DNA of 64,000 nt from Candidatus Marinacidobacterales bacterium (GTDB taxonomy: Bacteria > Acidobacteriota > Vicinamibacteria > Marinacidobacterales > SMYC01), in NCBI GenBank assembly GCA_965224085.1, contig CBDCYI010000011.1, positions 352,001 through 416,000 of the forward strand, read 5' to 3'. Position numbers and translations under genes: made by a program. Of this stretch, positions 61,879 to 64,000 are shown piece after piece. Every line of letters starts with the position of its first letter. Positions within the stretch are counted from its first letter, which is position 1. The notes under the pieces were generated by a model, which was not told the DNA's origin, made no database searches, and saw only the letters and a list, made by a program, of their open reading frames with translations.

Positions 61879-63978
61879 TCAAACTCCGCCACGCGCGGCG
61901 GCTAGCGCTTCATGAAAACCCATCCACACTATAGAGACGACAAAAAGCGCGAGAATCATCCTTGCGGCTAGACCTTTTTCGTAAAGCCAGCCAAAAACAA
62001 GTCCCAAGCCGACCGCGATCGCCGGATAAGCGAAGTAGTGATGTTTCAACAAAAAATTAAAGGCCAAATCGAGGACCGCGAAGCCGGCGAGGATGGCGCC
62101 CCAGCTGTAGAGGAGCACCCGTGCCTCGCACGGGCGGGCCCGGGTCAAGCCGACTAAACCGACCACGGGAACGAGCCAGGTGCCGAACGTGTAGGCGAGT
62201 TTCCGAGGCTGAGCCGCGAGGCGCGCTGTGACATCGACGCCTCCGCCGGAGCCGGCGAGAAGCTCCGGGAGAGATTCGGTGACGAATGGAAGCGCCCAGT
62301 GGATATAGTAAAGAACGAAGGACATCCCCCACGCGATGAGAAGCAGTGCGGCGAGTCTCTTGGCGAGGTCGAGCTGCCGTTGCCAAGCGAAAGTCGAGAC
62401 CGCGCCGATCATGGCCAAGGACGCGAAGAGCAGTGAGCCGGTATAGGAGAGACAACAAAGCGTCCATAGCGCCGTGGCGCACCAGAACATTGCGCGCTCC
62501 GAAATCCGGTCGACGTGCACGATGACGAATCCCAGCGCCAGCACCCCGGCCCAGGTCCCGAAGAGGGTCATCAAATGGCCTAGTCCGAGGAGCTGGTAGC
62601 CGATCGGCAGAAACGCTGCTGCCAGAGCGGCGCCGACACCGGCGCGGCCGGCGCCGACACGCGTGGCCACCAGTGCCGATGCGACCGTGACACCGAAAAG
62701 GAGTGACGCGAGGAAGAGTTTCGTCAAAAGGACGAACCAGAGCGGCGGGAGAGCGGCGAACGGAGAGGTGAGGATGTGGTACAGGCACGAGTGCGGCACG
62801 ATGAGGTTCGCCCATTGCGCCTGGCGGCTCAGCATACTGCCCGGAAACGGAAGGTAGTAGAGAAGAAACCGCCCTTGCCAAATCTCCTCCGCGATCGCCG
62901 TGTGGAAGTCGAAATGCCCGCCTTCATAGAGCGGGGAGGCGGTCGTCAAGAAGGCGAGGAAGAAGCCGCCGACCGCGACCGCAACCGCGAGCGATGACAG
63001 GGCGGGGGCGAGCTCACGCGCTTCAAGGGCCTCGAGAAAACCCCGGGTGAGCGCCGCGAGGATCAAGGCCGCGACCGCTGCTAGGAGCGTGGTTGGCAGA
63101 AACGGCGTGACGAGCACCGGGTCGAGCGCGAGCCCCGCGATGGCCGCCGCCCAGTAAAGGCCAGCCCCGGCGAGCGCCCGCCCCTGCTGCAAGCCTGTCG
63201 CAAGCAAGGCGGTCAGGATCAGAAGCCCGGCGGCTAGAACCGTGGTGAGCGTTCTCAGGGCAGGCATGGCGCGACCGCGGTCGACGAGAACACGATCGAT
63301 CCGAAGCACGTTGCTTGCACCGAGACCGGGAAGCTCGAGCCAGTGGCCCGCGCGCCATCCCCACGACGGTTGAGGGAGCTCGAGCACGAAAGCGTTCCAC
63401 GTGCTCGAAACATCGGCGACGAGCTCGGCGTCGGACGCTTTGATGAGCAGCCCGCGTGACGCGCCCGACGCCAACGAGGCGTGGACCTCGACGGTCCAGG
63501 GGCCGCCCGTACCAAAATCTCTTAGGTCGAGCGACGCGCCCGCTAGAGCACGTCGAAAGCTCACCCCCGCCTCCTGGTCGAAAGCCGCGAAACGCCGTGT
63601 CAGCGCGTCGGGCCGGCCGCTTCCGATGTCGAGCTCCAGTTTGGAGACGCTCCAGTGGCTCGCCACCACGCCGACGAGCGCCACCCCTGAGACGAGCACG
63701 ACCGTCCAGCTCCAAAGACCCGTCAGCGCGTCCGCGACCGACTGCACGCTGACGCGTAGCACCGAGCGGACGAAGCGCTCGCACGACGGCGCCAGCCAAC
63801 GCACGAGCGCGAGCGCGGTGAGTGACGCCGCCAGGGCTGGGACAACGAGAGTTGTCAAGCCGCGAAAGAGCGCAAAGCTCGCGGCTATCGTGGGCGCCGC
63901 AAAGATGGTAGCAGCTCGGCTTCCGCTCAGCGCGAATAACAGCAAGGTGACGAGCGCCGAGAAGAGCAATTGACGCAC
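61879..63978 (-). CDS. Polytopic membrane protein, possibly a GT-C fold glycosyltransferase
   Basis: More than 14 hydrophobic segments, one periplasmic domain, GHFDFH loop and KHHYF motif. Confidence 0.55.
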   Translation of the reverse strand: MRQLLFSALVTLLLFALSGSRAATIFAAPTIAASFALFRGLTTLVVPALAASLTALALVRWLAPSCERFVRSVLRVSVQSVADALTGLWSWTVVLVSGVALVGVVASHWSVSKLELDIGSGRPDALTRRFAAFDQEAGVSFRRALAGASLDLRDFGTGGPWTVEVHASLASGASRGLLIKASDAELVADVSSTWNAFVLELPQPSWGWRAGHWLELPGLGASNVLRIDRVLVDRGRAMPALRTLTTVLAAGLLILTALLATGLQQGRALAGAGLYWAAAIAGLALDPVLVTPFLPTTLLAAVAALILAALTRGFLEALEARELAPALSSLAVAVAVGGFFLAFLTTASPLYEGGHFDFHTAIAEEIWQGRFLLYYLPFPGSMLSRQAQWANLIVPHSCLYHILTSPFAALPPLWFVLLTKLFLASLLFGVTVASALVATRVGAGRAGVGAALAAAFLPIGYQLLGLGHLMTLFGTWAGVLALGFVIVHVDRISERAMFWCATALWTLCCLSYTGSLLFASLAMIGAVSTFAWQRQLDLAKRLAALLLIAWGMSFVLYYIHWALPFVTESLPELLAGSGGGVDVTARLAAQPRKLAYTFGTWLVPVVGLVGLTRARPCEARVLLYSWGAILAGFAVLDLAFNFLLKHHYFAYPAIAVGLGLVFGWLYEKGLAARMILALFVVSIVWMGFHEALAAARGGV

Positions 63979-64000
63979 GGGCGCAACCGTCCCTCTGTCG

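Noticed and set aside
1-64000. CRISPR array or cas genes
   Set aside because: No regularly spaced direct repeats with unique spacers and no Cas-like ORFs seen

Overview
High-GC bacterial DNA; the gene content (DUF1549/DUF1553 and DUF1501 proteins, many secreted peptidases, Na+-NQR) suggests a marine Acidobacteriota-like organism, which is an inference. Intact housekeeping and catabolic genes (ptrB, penicillin acylase, panE, ilvD, nqrE/F, apbE, nucleoside hydrolase, rbsK, thiolase, ABC1 kinase, tRNA-Gln) are interspersed with many gene fragments left by clean deletions, nonsense changes and frameshifts. A dense nest of insertion sequences surrounds tRNA-Gln (about 41.3-53.5 kb): IS6, IS5, IS481-like, a tyrosine recombinase plus IS91-like pair, two ISAzo13 copies, IS256 and IS1595. 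The best candidates for something undescribed are: (1) a multi-hairpin 5' leader RNA of about 320 nt with its own promoter and an occluded Shine-Dalgarno, upstream of a lytic transglycosylase; (2) a PilZ protein fused to a degenerate GIY-YIG-like domain; (3) a long bipartite inverted repeat upstream of the recombinase/HUH-transposase pair; (4) a 21.5-kb segment bounded by a perfect 162-bp direct repeat that holds the two halves of an IS1595 transposase in permuted order. All family calls come from motif recognition by eye; no searches were run.
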